Assembly: GCA_016776635.1 (NCBI GenBank)
Contig: JADHSZ010000001.1
Location: 35,064 to 99,063, forward strand
From: Alphaproteobacteria bacterium
Lineage (GTDB): Bacteria; Pseudomonadota; Alphaproteobacteria; UBA11136
DNA: 64,000 nt
Reading direction: 5' to 3'
A model generated the notes under the pieces. It had not been told where the DNA came from. It saw only the letters and a list, made by a program, of their open reading frames with translations, and ran no database searches. Made by a program: the position numbers and the translations under genes. Positions 1-9,418 of this stretch are shown in pieces (positions within the stretch are counted from its first letter, which is position 1; every line of letters begins with the position of its first letter).

Positions 1-36
1 CTCCCAGATTTCACCTCTTTGATCCCGGACGGGAAG

Positions 37-76
37 GCCAAAAGAAAACACCGGCGCCCCGAGGGACGCCGGTGTT
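37..76 (-). terminator. Rho-independent terminator downstream of pal
   Basis: Perfect 10-bp inverted repeat aacaccggcg/cgccggtgtt (47-56 and 67-76) with a 10-nt loop. On the minus-strand transcript it is followed by a U-rich tract (revcomp of 37-46 = tttcttttgg), about 30 nt after the pal stop. Confidence 0.6.
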
Positions 77-104
77 AACTGAACCCGAAAGGGGTTAAAT
101 GCTG

Positions 105-617
105 CTAGTAAACAACCGTCTGGGCGTTTCGGTTCTGAGCCCAGGCTTCTTCATTGGAACCGAGAGCCGTCGGCTTTTCCTTGCCGAAGCTGATGGTGTT
201 GATACGTGAAGAATCCACACCCAGGGCGGCCAGGTAATTCTTGACCGCATTGGCCCGGCGTTCGCCGAGGCCGAGGTTATATTCGCGGGTGCCGCGCTCG
301 TCACAATTTCCCTCAATGGTGATAGTCACTCCGGGGTTATCCTTGAGCCAGGCGGCCTGTCTTTCAAGGCGCGTGGCGGAGGCCTGATCGATATTATATT
401 TGTCGAAGCCGAAATAGACGCGATCTCCGATATTCGTCGACAGATATTTCTGAATTTCCACATTGGGAACGGGATCGGAAATAACGTCAACCGACGACAT
501 GGGAGTTGTCGTCATGGTTTCGCCCTCACCACCGGACATCATGGTATCGGCGGGTTTGGTTTGGCAGGCGGCAACCAGGAGAACCGCGGCGAATAAGCTT
601 AAAATCCTGAAATGCAT
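105..617 (-). CDS. pal: Peptidoglycan-associated lipoprotein Pal (OmpA-like C-terminal domain)
   Basis: Lipoprotein signal with lipobox LLVAAC. The C-terminal OmpA-family motif NCDERGTREYNLGLGERRANAV is present. It is the last gene of the tolQRAB-pal operon. Start chosen at the internal ATG (MHFRIL); the ORF-track start at 710 is probably an upstream artefact. Confidence 0.9.
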   Translation of the reverse strand: MHFRILSLFAAVLLVAACQTKPADTMMSGGEGETMTTTPMSSVDVISDPVPNVEIQKYLSTNIGDRVYFGFDKYNIDQASATRLERQAAWLKDNPGVTITIEGNCDERGTREYNLGLGERRANAVKNYLAALGVDSSRINTISFGKEKPTALGSNEEAWAQNRNAQTVVY

Positions 618-777
618 TGTTTTAACTCCCCCTTTAAAAGCAGCTTTCGGGCATAGACAATTGCGGACACATAGTCCGAATCTCGCCATTACCTTGAGCG
701 ATTCAAGCAAAAATTACAACCTTTACTCAAAAAAGGGAATAATTTCCGAGGCGACAATGACTTATATCGCCGGAATC

Positions 778-2160
778 CTAGGGAATCAAGGGGGACCAAG
801 CCGGATCGGAGGCGTCCAACGGGGTTACGATTTCCCGTTCGTTATGGCCGGTAATATCAATCACATGGAGCCGGCTTTCCCCGCCACGGCCTTTCTTGTC
901 CCGTTTTCCCTGTTTGAAGAAAGACAGAACCCGTCCGTTGGGCGCCCAGGTCGGACCCTCCACCAGGAATCCCCGCGCCAGCTGGCGCTCGCCGCTGCCG
1001 TCGGGATGCATGACGCCGATGAAGAATTCCTTACCCTTTATCTTGGTAAAGGCGATGTAATCACCGCGCGGTGACCACACCGGCGTGGCATAGCGTCCCT
1101 TGCCGAAACTGATGCGCTGTACGTCATCGCCATCGGCGTCCATGATGTAAATCTGTTGGGTTCCACCACGGTCGGAATTGAAGGTGACCCGTTGGGAATC
1201 CGGGGAATAGGAAGGTGAGGTATCAATGGCCGGATTATTGGTAAGCCGCTGTGCGGTGCGGGTGCGGATATCCATGGAATAGATCTCCGAATTGCCGTCC
1301 GTGGCCAGACTCATGATCACCTTGTTGCCGTCGGGCGAAAAGCGCGGGGCATAGGTCATGCCGGGGAAATCACCGAGAACTTCCTGTTGTCCCGTGTCGA
1401 TGTTGAAAATGTATACCCGCGGCTTGTTGCCGATGTAGGAAAGGTAAGTGATTTCCTGTGCCGTGGGTGAAAAACGCGGGGTCAGAACAAGATACTGGCC
1501 GTCGGTGAGAAAGCGGTGGTTGGCCCCGTCCTGGTCCATGATGGCCAGCCGCTTGATGCGTTTGTTGGCGGGCCCGCTTTCCGCGATGTAGACCATGCGG
1601 GTGTCGAAATAACCGTCCTCTCCGGTCATCCGCTTGTAAATAACGTCGGCAATGATATGGGCTACCCGGCGCCAGTTCTTGGCTACCGTGAAATAAGCCT
1701 GGCCCGCCATCTGCCGCTCCGCGAACACGTCCCAGAGACGGAATTCGATACGCAGCTTTCCATTTTCCTGAATCTCAATGCGCCCCTGTACCAGGGCCTG
1801 GGCATTAATGATACGCCAGTCGCCGAACCGGGGACGTACCGCAAGGGAGGCCCCGGTCTGGATGAATGCTTTGTGAGGGATGGGCCGGAACAGGCCGGAG
1901 CGCTCAAGATCGGCAGACAGCACGGCGGAGATATCCTTGCCGATTTGCGCCTCCTTCGATGTCTCGCCCATGAAGGGAGTAACGGCGATAGGCAGGGGGT
2001 CGATATTGCCCCGGGTAATGTCGATCACCAGTTCGGCCGCAGCCGGAGAGGCGCGCAGCACAATCAGGGCCGCCACTGCCAGCGGAAAAATCAGGCTGCG
2101 CAGGGGCAGCCCGATCCCCGAAAGAATGCCGCGAAACGTCGTCATGCTACACCTCTTCAT
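778..2160 (-). CDS. tolB: Tol-Pal system beta-propeller protein TolB
   Basis: About 440 aa periplasmic protein with a signal peptide and the repeated beta-propeller motifs (SPDG, FSPDG, WSP) typical of TolB. It lies between tolA and pal. The exact start is uncertain (2160 or 2145). Confidence 0.9.
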   Translation of the reverse strand: MKRCSMTTFRGILSGIGLPLRSLIFPLAVAALIVLRASPAAAELVIDITRGNIDPLPIAVTPFMGETSKEAQIGKDISAVLSADLERSGLFRPIPHKAFIQTGASLAVRPRFGDWRIINAQALVQGRIEIQENGKLRIEFRLWDVFAERQMAGQAYFTVAKNWRRVAHIIADVIYKRMTGEDGYFDTRMVYIAESGPANKRIKRLAIMDQDGANHRFLTDGQYLVLTPRFSPTAQEITYLSYIGNKPRVYIFNIDTGQQEVLGDFPGMTYAPRFSPDGNKVIMSLATDGNSEIYSMDIRTRTAQRLTNNPAIDTSPSYSPDSQRVTFNSDRGGTQQIYIMDADGDDVQRISFGKGRYATPVWSPRGDYIAFTKIKGKEFFIGVMHPDGSGERQLARGFLVEGPTWAPNGRVLSFFKQGKRDKKGRGGESRLHVIDITGHNEREIVTPLDASDPAWSPLIP

Positions 2161-2196
2161 CGTCACGTCCTTGTTATGCGCCATGAAATGACCTGT

Positions 2197-2271
2197 CAAA
2201 CATGGCTCTGTTTATCTTTCTCCGCCAAACATGGCTCTGTTTTATCTTTCTCCGCCAAACATGGCTCGGGG
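2197..2271. repeat. Tandem direct repeat of about 30 bp (2 full copies plus a partial one) at the tolA 3' end / tolA-tolB junction
   Basis: caaacatggctctgtttatctttctccgc / caaacatggctctgttttatctttctccgc / caaacatggctcgg. The last copy encodes the tolA C-terminus (..AMFGGER stop) on the minus strand. Confidence 0.8.
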
Positions 2272-3138
2272 ATCAAACTTGAGCCGCATGGTCTTCCAGC
2301 GCTCGTATTTTTCCGGCGGCAGCTTCAACGGACTGCAAATGGGGTTGAGCACCGCCCGCAGCGCGCTTTCCGCCGCCGTGCGATAGAAGGGATCGCTGCG
2401 CATGCGGCCCTGATTAAGAATTTGCGCCCGGCGGATGGTGCCGTCGGGATTGGCCTGTACGGAGATTTCCACCAACAGGTTTTTGGCATCGCGGGCGCCC
2501 GCTGGTACGTTCCAGCATTTAAGAAACTGCCGCGCCACCGCATCCAACTCGCTGATGGTCATGGGCGCCGATTTGTCATAGGGTCGCTGTGCCGACTGTC
2601 TCAGTTTTTCGGGAATCTTGTACTTCTTCGGTTTTTCTTCCTTTTTTTCGGGTTCGAGCTGCGTTTTCTGCTTCAGTTTTTCCACGGTTTTCAGCACCGA
2701 AGTCATGAGGTTGTTCTCACGGGGCTTTTCCACCTTCTTTTTGGGCGGTTTCGGTTTGGTGGAAGGTTTCGGCGCCGGCTTTGGTTTTGGCGGCGGCGGC
2801 ACGGCTTTCTTCGGCGGTTCCGGTTCGGGCTCTTTCGGTTCGGGTATCGGCTCGGGCTCGGGCTCCGGCTCCGCTACGGGCGTGGGCGCTGGCGCGGGTT
2901 CCGGCACAGGTGGTGGTGGGGGCAGAGGTTTCTCGGGCTCCGGGGGCGGTGTGGGCTCTTCCGGCTCGGGCTCGGGCATCGGCGGCGGCGCATTGGTCAT
3001 CTCGGCGACGGTGACGATTTCCACCGGAATTGGCGCATCGAGCATGGGCAGATCACGGCGCAGCTCGGGCAGGCCGAACCAGGCCACCAGAAAGGCCACC
3101 ACATGAAGAAGCGCCGAATAGGTTGTGCCGCGGATCAT
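2242..3138 (-). CDS. tolA: Tol-Pal system protein TolA (Pro/Glu/Lys-rich linker)
   Basis: N-terminal TM anchor, a long low-complexity PEPEPEP / KPKPAPKP region and a C-terminal TolA domain. It sits between tolR and tolB. Confidence 0.8.
   Translation of the reverse strand: MIRGTTYSALLHVVAFLVAWFGLPELRRDLPMLDAPIPVEIVTVAEMTNAPPPMPEPEPEEPTPPPEPEKPLPPPPPVPEPAPAPTPVAEPEPEPEPIPEPKEPEPEPPKKAVPPPPKPKPAPKPSTKPKPPKKKVEKPRENNLMTSVLKTVEKLKQKTQLEPEKKEEKPKKYKIPEKLRQSAQRPYDKSAPMTISELDAVARQFLKCWNVPAGARDAKNLLVEISVQANPDGTIRRAQILNQGRMRSDPFYRTAAESALRAVLNPICSPLKLPPEKYERWKTMRLKFDPRAMFGGER
2760..3000. repeat. GC-rich low-complexity coding repeat (TolA Pro/Glu-rich linker)
   Basis: Periodic ggctc/gggttc/ggcgg units encoding PEPEPEPxP. 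This explains the spurious Gly-rich and Ala/Arg-rich antisense ORFs in the track. Confidence 0.7.
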
Positions 3139-3142
3139 GGCT

Positions 3143-3628
3143 CTAACGTTTCTTCCCTTTCTTGCCCTTTCTCTTTTTCGCGGCGGGTGCGGGCGAGGGG
3201 TTCTCGGCGATCAGCGCGACCCGGCTGAATCCCGCGCTGGCGACCCTGCCCATGAGCTCCATGACCCGGCCATAGGCGATGGCCTTGTCGCCACGCACGA
3301 AGATGCGGGTGTCGGCCTTGTTCTCGGTAATGGCCTGTAGGCGTGGCACCAGGCCTTCGAGGTCGGTTTCCGTTTCCTGGAGAAAAATCTTGCCTTCGGC
3401 GTTGAGGGAAATCACCAACGGCTCGTCGGCTTCGGTGAGCACCTTGGCCTTGGTCTTGGGCAGGTCCACCGGCACCCCCACAGTCAGAAGGGGCGCGGTT
3501 ACCATGAAGATAACCAGCAACACCAGCATCACATCCACCATGGGTGTGACGTTGATTTCCGACATGGGCTGGAAGACGCGACGCCTGCCCAGGCCGGGCT
3601 GTGACCGCATTGCCGGACCGAAGGCCAT
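3143..3628 (-). CDS. tolR: Tol-Pal system protein TolR (ExbD family)
   Basis: ExbD/TolR signature ..INVTPMVDVMLVLLVIFMVTAPL and a single TM. The ATG overlaps the tolQ stop (tgacatgg). An alternative start lies at 3565 (MSEIN). Confidence 0.85.
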   Translation of the reverse strand: MAFGPAMRSQPGLGRRRVFQPMSEINVTPMVDVMLVLLVIFMVTAPLLTVGVPVDLPKTKAKVLTEADEPLVISLNAEGKIFLQETETDLEGLVPRLQAITENKADTRIFVRGDKAIAYGRVMELMGRVASAGFSRVALIAENPSPAPAAKKRKGKKGKKR

Positions 3629-3629
3629 G

Positions 3630-4361
3630 TCAGTGGGACTCCTCGAGCTGGCGCGACAACACGGCGCTGAATTCACCGGCGAAGGATTCAAGGCGGTTGG
3701 CGTAGCGGCCGAGATCGTTGGATATCTTGTTATAGGCCACCACCGCGGGGATCGCCGCCACCAGCCCCAAGGCAGTGGCGAACAGGGCTTCGGCGATTCC
3801 CGGCGCGACTATGGCAAGACTCGTGTTCTTGCTCAGTCCGATGGCCTCGAAGCTGTTCATGATTCCCCATACGGTGCCAAACAGGCCGATGAAAGGGGCG
3901 GTGGAGCCGACCGAGGCCAGGAACACCATATGGCGCTCGAGAAAATCCATCTCGCGGCCCAGCGATACCTGCATCACCCGCTCGATACGCTGTTGCAGGC
4001 TTTCGCGCAGGCCCTCACTGCCGCGTATTCCCTGAGCCGTGGAGCGCCGCCATTCACGCATGGCCGCTGCGAACAGGGCGGCCATGGGATGCAGGGGGTG
4101 GTTGCCCACACGGTCGTAGAGGTCGTCGAGCGATCCCCCCGACCAGAAGGAATCCTCGAATTCCGTGGTCTGGGCGTTGAGGCGGCGCATGCGCATGACC
4201 TTGTCGAAGATAATGGCCCATGACCAGAACGAGGCCAGTATCAGGACCACGATGACCGTCTTGACCACCAGGTCGGCCTCCATGAACAGACCGAAGATGG
4301 AAAGGTCCGTTGCGGCCATGGAGGCGCCCACGGTGACAGTATCAATGACGTTTTCTTCCAT
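3630..4361 (-). CDS. tolQ: Tol-Pal system protein TolQ (MotA/TolQ/ExbB proton channel)
   Basis: 243 aa with three TM segments. A conserved TolQ C-terminal region (GLFGTVWGIMNSF..AIVAPGIAEALFATALGL) is present. Confidence 0.9.
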   Translation of the reverse strand: MEENVIDTVTVGASMAATDLSIFGLFMEADLVVKTVIVVLILASFWSWAIIFDKVMRMRRLNAQTTEFEDSFWSGGSLDDLYDRVGNHPLHPMAALFAAAMREWRRSTAQGIRGSEGLRESLQQRIERVMQVSLGREMDFLERHMVFLASVGSTAPFIGLFGTVWGIMNSFEAIGLSKNTSLAIVAPGIAEALFATALGLVAAIPAVVAYNKISNDLGRYANRLESFAGEFSAVLSRQLEESH

Positions 4362-4374
4362 GTTTTTCTAACCG

Positions 4375-4839
4375 TTATGATGAAGGGAGAGTCAGGGATT
4401 GAAGAGCGTTTTTCAAATCTTGAGGGATTCGCGCGGGGCGGCCGTCGCGGTTGAGGCAGACCAGCTCCACTTCCATCCGTGTTAATTCCTCGTCGCCGCG
4501 AGTGACCACCTGATGGCCGCTTAAGGAGGCACCCCGTATCCGTGACAGGGTAGTGCGAACCTCCAGAACATCGTCGAGACGGGCTGGGGCAAGGTAATCC
4601 ACCTCGCAGCGCCGAACCGTGAAGGCGATTTCGCCGCTGGTGACACCTTCGGCGTATCCGGCTTCCAGAAGATGCATCATCTCGGTGCGCGCCCGTTCAG
4701 CGAATTTGAGGTAATTGGCGTAATAAACGATGCCGCCGGCGTCGGTGTCCTCGTAATAGACCCGCAGGGGATAGCGATGGACGCCACCGTCGATGACCCC
4801 GCGCGCGGGCGCGGTGGAAGGGGCTGTCTCGGCATGCAT
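4375..4839 (-). CDS. ybgC: Tol-Pal-associated acyl-CoA thioesterase YbgC (4HBT family)
   Basis: Hotdog-fold thioesterase motif YYEDTDAGGIVYYANYLKF. It occupies the first position of the tol-pal operon. Confidence 0.85.
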   Translation of the reverse strand: MHAETAPSTAPARGVIDGGVHRYPLRVYYEDTDAGGIVYYANYLKFAERARTEMMHLLEAGYAEGVTSGEIAFTVRRCEVDYLAPARLDDVLEVRTTLSRIRGASLSGHQVVTRGDEELTRMEVELVCLNRDGRPARIPQDLKNALQSLTLPSS

Positions 4840-4843
4840 GGCG

Positions 4844-5944
4844 TCACGCTTCCTCCTCGTCCGTGCCGAGATCAAGCTGGCCTTCGTTGAGGTTTGGCGG
4901 TGGCGTCAGGCCGAGATGACGGAAGGCGAGATCGCCCAGTGAGCGTCCCCGCGGCGTGCGGCGCAGGAATCCCTGCTGGATGAGGTAGGGTTCGATCACG
5001 TCCTCGATCACGTCGCGCTGTTCCGACAGCGCCGCCGCCATGGCTTCCACCCCCACCGGGCCGCCGCCGTAATGTTCGGCGATACAGCGCAGATAGCGGC
5101 GGTCCATGGAATCGAGTCCGCTGCCGTCCACCTCAAGCCGGGTCAGCGCCTTGTCGGCCACCTCGGCATTGATATGCGCGGTTCCGTCGACGGCGGCGAA
5201 ATCCCGCACCCGCCGCAACAGCCGCGCCGCCACCCGCGGCGTTCCCCGGGACCGGCGGGCGATTTCCTCTGCCCCGTCCTCGCCCAGATCCATGTTGAAA
5301 ATATTGCCGCCACGAATGACGATCTCTTTCAGTTCCGCTACCTCGTAAAAGGCCAGCCGCAGGGGAATACCGAATCTCTCTCGCAGGGGGTTGGTGATGA
5401 GTCCCGAACGGGTGGTGGCCCCGATCAGGGTAAAAGGCGGAAGGTCGATACGCACCGAGCGCGCCGCCGGACCCTCGCCGATAATAAGATCGAGCTGAAA
5501 ATCCTCCATGGCCGGGTAAAGGATTTCCTCCACCGCCGGGTTAAGGCGGTGAATCTCGTCTATGAACAATACGTCGTGGGGCTGAAGGTTGGTGAGCAGG
5601 GCCGCCAGATCTCCGGCCTTGGCGATAACCGGACCCGAGGTGGCGCGGAACCCCGTGCCCGCCTCGCGGGCGACGATCTGGGCCAGGGTCGTCTTGCCCA
5701 GCCCCGGGGGGCCGTGGAAAAGAACATGGTCCAGCGCCTCGGCGCGGCCACGGGCGGCTTCGATGAAGACCCGGAGATTGTCGCGCAACAGGTTCTGGCC
5801 GATGAAGTCATCGAGGGCCTGGGGCCGTAGCGAAACCTCAACCTCATCGCCGCTTTGTCCGCTGTCGCCGGAATCGAAGGCGCCATCCACAACGCGGCCG
5901 TCCTCTGTGGTCTCTGTGGCGGGATCGGTTGCCGGCTTGCTCAT
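4844..5944 (-). CDS. ruvB: Holliday junction branch migration ATPase RuvB
   Basis: Walker A motif [11 protein letters not shown] and a DEIHRL box, with strong overall RuvB similarity. It follows ruvA. Confidence 0.95.
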   Translation of the reverse strand: MSKPATDPATETTEDGRVVDGAFDSGDSGQSGDEVEVSLRPQALDDFIGQNLLRDNLRVFIEAARGRAEALDHVLFHGPPGLGKTTLAQIVAREAGTGFRATSGPVIAKAGDLAALLTNLQPHDVLFIDEIHRLNPAVEEILYPAMEDFQLDLIIGEGPAARSVRIDLPPFTLIGATTRSGLITNPLRERFGIPLRLAFYEVAELKEIVIRGGNIFNMDLGEDGAEEIARRSRGTPRVAARLLRRVRDFAAVDGTAHINAEVADKALTRLEVDGSGLDSMDRRYLRCIAEHYGGGPVGVEAMAAALSEQRDVIEDVIEPYLIQQGFLRRTPRGRSLGDLAFRHLGLTPPPNLNEGQLDLGTDEEEA

Positions 5945-5954
5945 GGGCTCACCC

Positions 5955-6566
5955 TCATGATGCCAGTTCCTTCAGAGCTTCGGGGATCAACGTTTCCACC
6001 GGGGCGTCGGCGCCGAGCCGGCGCGCCGCCCTGGCGGCGGCGGAATAGGCGTCGGTCTGGCGATAGCCGAGATGGGCCAGGGCCGAGGCGGCATCGACTA
6101 CGGGGCTGGCCTCCTCTTTCGCGCCGTCTTCGGCTATGGGAATGACGGTGCCTTCGGGGGCGATGGCGGCGATCTTGTCCTTGAGTTCGTTGATGATGCG
6201 CCCGGCGAGCTTGGGTCCGACGCCATTGGCCTGGGAGATGGCCGCCTGGTCGCGGGCGGCGATGGCCTGGGTGATTTCGTCGGAGCCGAGCACCGAAAGA
6301 ATGGCCAGCGCCACCTTTGCCCCCACCCCCTGTACCGACAGCAGCAAGCGGAAGGCATCGCGTTCCGCGGTTTCGGAAAATCCGTAAAGATGGATGTGAT
6401 CCTCGCGCACATGGGTGTCGATGAGAAGGCTCGCCACTTCTCCCTGGGCGGGCAGGCGCGAGAGCATGCGTCCCGAGGCGAAAACCAGATAGCCCACCCC
6501 GGCCACGTCAAGCACCAGCCAGTCGCTGCCGGTGGAATCGAGAACGCCTGTCAGCTTGGCGATCAT
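5955..6566 (-). CDS. ruvA: Holliday junction DNA helicase RuvA
   Basis: 203 aa with the N-terminal OB-fold MIAKLTGVL.. and helix-hairpin-helix regions. It lies in ruvCAB order. Confidence 0.9.
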   Translation of the reverse strand: MIAKLTGVLDSTGSDWLVLDVAGVGYLVFASGRMLSRLPAQGEVASLLIDTHVREDHIHLYGFSETAERDAFRLLLSVQGVGAKVALAILSVLGSDEITQAIAARDQAAISQANGVGPKLAGRIINELKDKIAAIAPEGTVIPIAEDGAKEEASPVVDAASALAHLGYRQTDAYSAAARAARRLGADAPVETLIPEALKELAS

Positions 6567-7072
6567 GACCGTCCTCCGGCCACGTTACGTTCCTGCCACA
6601 GCGCCGTGGTGGCCCCATGGTGGGCATGGCAGATGGCCACCGCCAGGGCATCGGCGGCATCGGCCGTGGCGCCACAGCCGGGAAGCAGGGTGTTCACCAT
6701 CATGGCCACCTGTTCCTTGGCGGCGTGGCCACTTCCCACCACCGATTTCTTCACCAGATTGGGGGCGTATTCGGCCACCGCGAGTCCAGCCTGTGCCGGG
6801 GCCAGCATGGCGATTCCGCGGGCCTGGCCGAGCTTCAGGGTCGAGGCGGGGTTGCGGTTGACGAAGGTTTCCTCCACCGCCGCCTGTTCGGGCGCGTATT
6901 GGGAAATCACCGTGGCCACGCCCTCGAAAATCTGCAACAGGCGCTGCGCCATTTCCCGCGAGGAATCGGAATCCACCACACCGTCCGCCACATGGCTCAG
7001 ATGTGATCCGGCCACGTCGATGACGCCCCAGCCGGTATGCCGCAGCCCCGGGTCCAGTCCTAGGATGCGCAT
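6563..7072 (-). CDS. ruvC: Crossover junction endodeoxyribonuclease RuvC
   Basis: [19 protein letters not shown].. is the RNase H-like RuvC N-terminus. Its stop is 4 bp overlapped with ruvA. Confidence 0.9.
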   Translation of the reverse strand: MRILGLDPGLRHTGWGVIDVAGSHLSHVADGVVDSDSSREMAQRLLQIFEGVATVISQYAPEQAAVEETFVNRNPASTLKLGQARGIAMLAPAQAGLAVAEYAPNLVKKSVVGSGHAAKEQVAMMVNTLLPGCGATADAADALAVAICHAHHGATTALWQERNVAGGRS

Positions 7073-7147
7073 GGAAACCGCCTTTTATGGAAAATCATTT
7101 TCAAGGATATGCGCCCTCCGCCTTTGCGGTTTCTAAGGTTCCGCCGC

Positions 7148-7897
7148 TCAGGCGGTCAGTTTCGCCATGACGTCTTCGGGGATGTCGTAATTGGCGAAGA
7201 CCGTCTGCACGTCGTCATTGTCGTCGAGAACATCGATCAGCTTGATCAGCGTTGATGCCGGTCCTTCCTCTACCGCCACCAGATTTTGCGGCCGCCATAC
7301 CAGCCCGGCTTCCCCGGGGTCGCCGAATCGTGTCTCCAGGGCGTCGCGCACGTCATTGAATTCGTCAATTCCACAGGTGATTTCGTGGCCGTCTTCGGTG
7401 GAATTCACATCCCCGGCCCCGGCTTCGAGCGCTGCCTCGAACATGGTGTCGGCATCGGCGACGCCGGCGGGGTAGTTGATGGCGCCCATATGATCGAAGA
7501 GATAGCTGACGCTGCCCGGTTCACCCAGGTTGCCACCATATTTGACGAAGGCGGAGCGGATTTCCGAGGCTGCCCGGTTGCGGTTGTCGGTGAGTGCCTC
7601 GACGATGACCGAAATGCCGCCGGGGCCGAAACCCTCGTAGCGGATTTCCTCGTAATTGACGCCGTCCTCGTCGCCGCTGCCGCGTTTGATGGCGCGTTCG
7701 ATGGTGTCCTTGGGCATATTGGCGGCCCGTGCCGTGCTGATAGCCCCGCGCAGGCGTGGATTCTGGTCGGGATCGGGCATGCCGCTGCGGGTCGCCACCG
7801 TGATCTCGCGGATCAGCTTGGAGAATATCTTGGCACGCTTTTTATCCTGCCTGCCCTTGCGGTGCATGATGTTCTTGAATTGCGAATGTCCGGCCAT
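7148..7897 (-). CDS. yebC: YebC/PmpR family DNA-binding transcriptional regulator
   Basis: [28 protein letters not shown].. is the canonical YebC N-terminus. It sits upstream of ruvC, as in many bacteria. Confidence 0.9.
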   Translation of the reverse strand: MAGHSQFKNIMHRKGRQDKKRAKIFSKLIREITVATRSGMPDPDQNPRLRGAISTARAANMPKDTIERAIKRGSGDEDGVNYEEIRYEGFGPGGISVIVEALTDNRNRAASEIRSAFVKYGGNLGEPGSVSYLFDHMGAINYPAGVADADTMFEAALEAGAGDVNSTEDGHEITCGIDEFNDVRDALETRFGDPGEAGLVWRPQNLVAVEEGPASTLIKLIDVLDDNDDVQTVFANYDIPEDVMAKLTA

Positions 7898-8326
7898 GCG
7901 GAAAACGACCCCACTAAATGTATTTAATGCGTTAGCTTATACCATATCTTGTATGGAAAGGGAGGAAGAGACTGAGCCTTTTCTGCTACCAGTTCAATAT
8001 GGCAAGAATGGGGCGTCTCTGGGGGATGTGGGCAGAATATGGACGGGATGCGGTGACTCCGTCCTGCCCTAAAATGGAAACATGGGATGAAAAAAGCGGC
8101 GTTGTCCTGGTGCGTCCCGGCTCTGCTATGAGGGGTGCCTTAATTTCTCCAAAATTCGCGCCTAGCTTGACCGTCATGCCGAACGTTCGGACGCGCTCGG
8201 CAGTGAGTCGTGTGACGTCACCCTTGCTGGACACGGGCCTTTTGAACATCATTCTTCATGAAGATTATTCTTTATGAAAACCATTCCGGCACTCTCTTGC
8301 GCGGGGCGGAATCGGAGGAGCGCATT

Positions 8327-9418
8327 ATGACGGGATCGGGAACACATCCCATTTCCCCTGACACTGTTCGGCCCTTGCGGCGGCGGGCGTGGGTATTCTT
8401 TCCCGGCCTTCTCGCCCTTGCCGTTTCCCTTATCCTGTCCGGTCTTCCGGTACAGGCCCAGGATAACGGTCTGCGGCCGCTTGTGGAGCGTCTCGGACGC
8501 TTGGAACGGGACATCAACCTCCTGCAGCGCCAGGTCTATACCGAGGGCGCCAAGGGGGTTCCTGGCAAAGTCCTTAAGCAGGCCGCGCCCCCAGCCACCG
8601 GCAATCCAACAGGCGTTGCCGGTGCCGGTGGCACGCCGTCCAATCTGGCGGTGCGGGTGGAGACCCGGTTTACCGAACTCGAGGATGAACTGCGCAAGGT
8701 GACGGGTCAGTTCGAGGAACTGACTTTCAAGATCAACCAGGTGCAGACCCGCCTCGACAAGCTGGTGGGCGATATTGATTTCCGCCTCACCACTCTGGAA
8801 GGGGCAACGCCACAGGCCTATGGCGGCACACCCGGAGCCGAAGGCGGCGGGGTTGCGGGGCCGGACGGAATCATCGCCGGACGCTCCGGAGAGGAAGGGG
8901 TTCTTGGCATCCTCAAGGTTCCCGTGGACAAGGACGGCAACCCCATAGAGGGGGCGGTGGCAAGCGAGAATGTTCAGGATCAACAACAGGACCGGCAGGC
9001 CGAGCCGCAGCAGGCGCTGTTGCCCGAAGGCACGCCGGAGGAGCAGTACAAATACGCCCTCGGCCTGTTGCGCCAGGCCGATTATCCCATGGCGGAAAAA
9101 TCATTCCGCGCCTTCATCGCGGCCAATGGTGAGCATGAGTTGGTGGCCAATGCCCAGTACTGGCTCGGCGAAACCTTCTATGTGCGTAAGGACTACACCA
9201 ATGCCGCGGTCATCTTCGCCGAAGGCTACGAAAAGTTCGCCGACAGCCCCAAGGCTCCGGACAATCTGTTGAAGCTGGGCCTGTCCCTGGCCAACATCGA
9301 CGAGCAACAACAGGCCTGTAAGGCCTTTTTCGAGTTGGAGCGGCGTTTCATCAATGCGCCCTCGGTTATCATGAACCGGGCCTTAAAGGAGCGCAAAGCA
9401 ATCGGTTGCGCCGAGTGA
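8327..9418 (+). CDS. cpoB: Tol-Pal system protein CpoB/YbgF (coiled coil + TPR)
   Basis: Signal peptide, then a coiled-coil region (LERDINLLQRQVY). The C-terminal TPR block (YWLGETFYVRKDYTNAAVIFAEGYEKFADSPKAPDNLLKLGLSL) is typical of YbgF. RBS ggaggag precedes the ATG at 8327. It is followed by tilS-ftsH, as in alphaproteobacteria. Confidence 0.8.
   Translation: MTGSGTHPISPDTVRPLRRRAWVFFPGLLALAVSLILSGLPVQAQDNGLRPLVERLGRLERDINLLQRQVYTEGAKGVPGKVLKQAAPPATGNPTGVAGAGGTPSNLAVRVETRFTELEDELRKVTGQFEELTFKINQVQTRLDKLVGDIDFRLTTLEGATPQAYGGTPGAEGGGVAGPDGIIAGRSGEEGVLGILKVPVDKDGNPIEGAVASENVQDQQQDRQAEPQQALLPEGTPEEQYKYALGLLRQADYPMAEKSFRAFIAANGEHELVANAQYWLGETFYVRKDYTNAAVIFAEGYEKFADSPKAPDNLLKLGLSLANIDEQQQACKAFFELERRFINAPSVIMNRALKERKAIGCAE

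Noticed and set aside
1516-3228. 570-aa plus-strand ORF, plus the 2618-3106 Gly-rich and 2781-3014 Ala/Arg-rich ORFs
   Set aside because: They are antisense to tolB and to the GC-rich low-complexity tolA linker. The composition is extreme (Arg/Gly/Trp-rich) with no domain. This is the classic high-GC antisense artefact.
5072-5830. 252-aa plus-strand ORF
   Set aside because: Antisense to ruvB. No recognisable domain.
7986-8277. Two short overlapping ORFs (88 and 92 aa) in the yebC-cpoB intergenic region
   Set aside because: No RBS, no domain, and mutually overlapping in a divergent promoter region of about 430 bp. They are more likely non-coding. A perfect palindrome gtgacgtcac at about 8208-8217 was noted as a possible regulator site but cannot be assigned.
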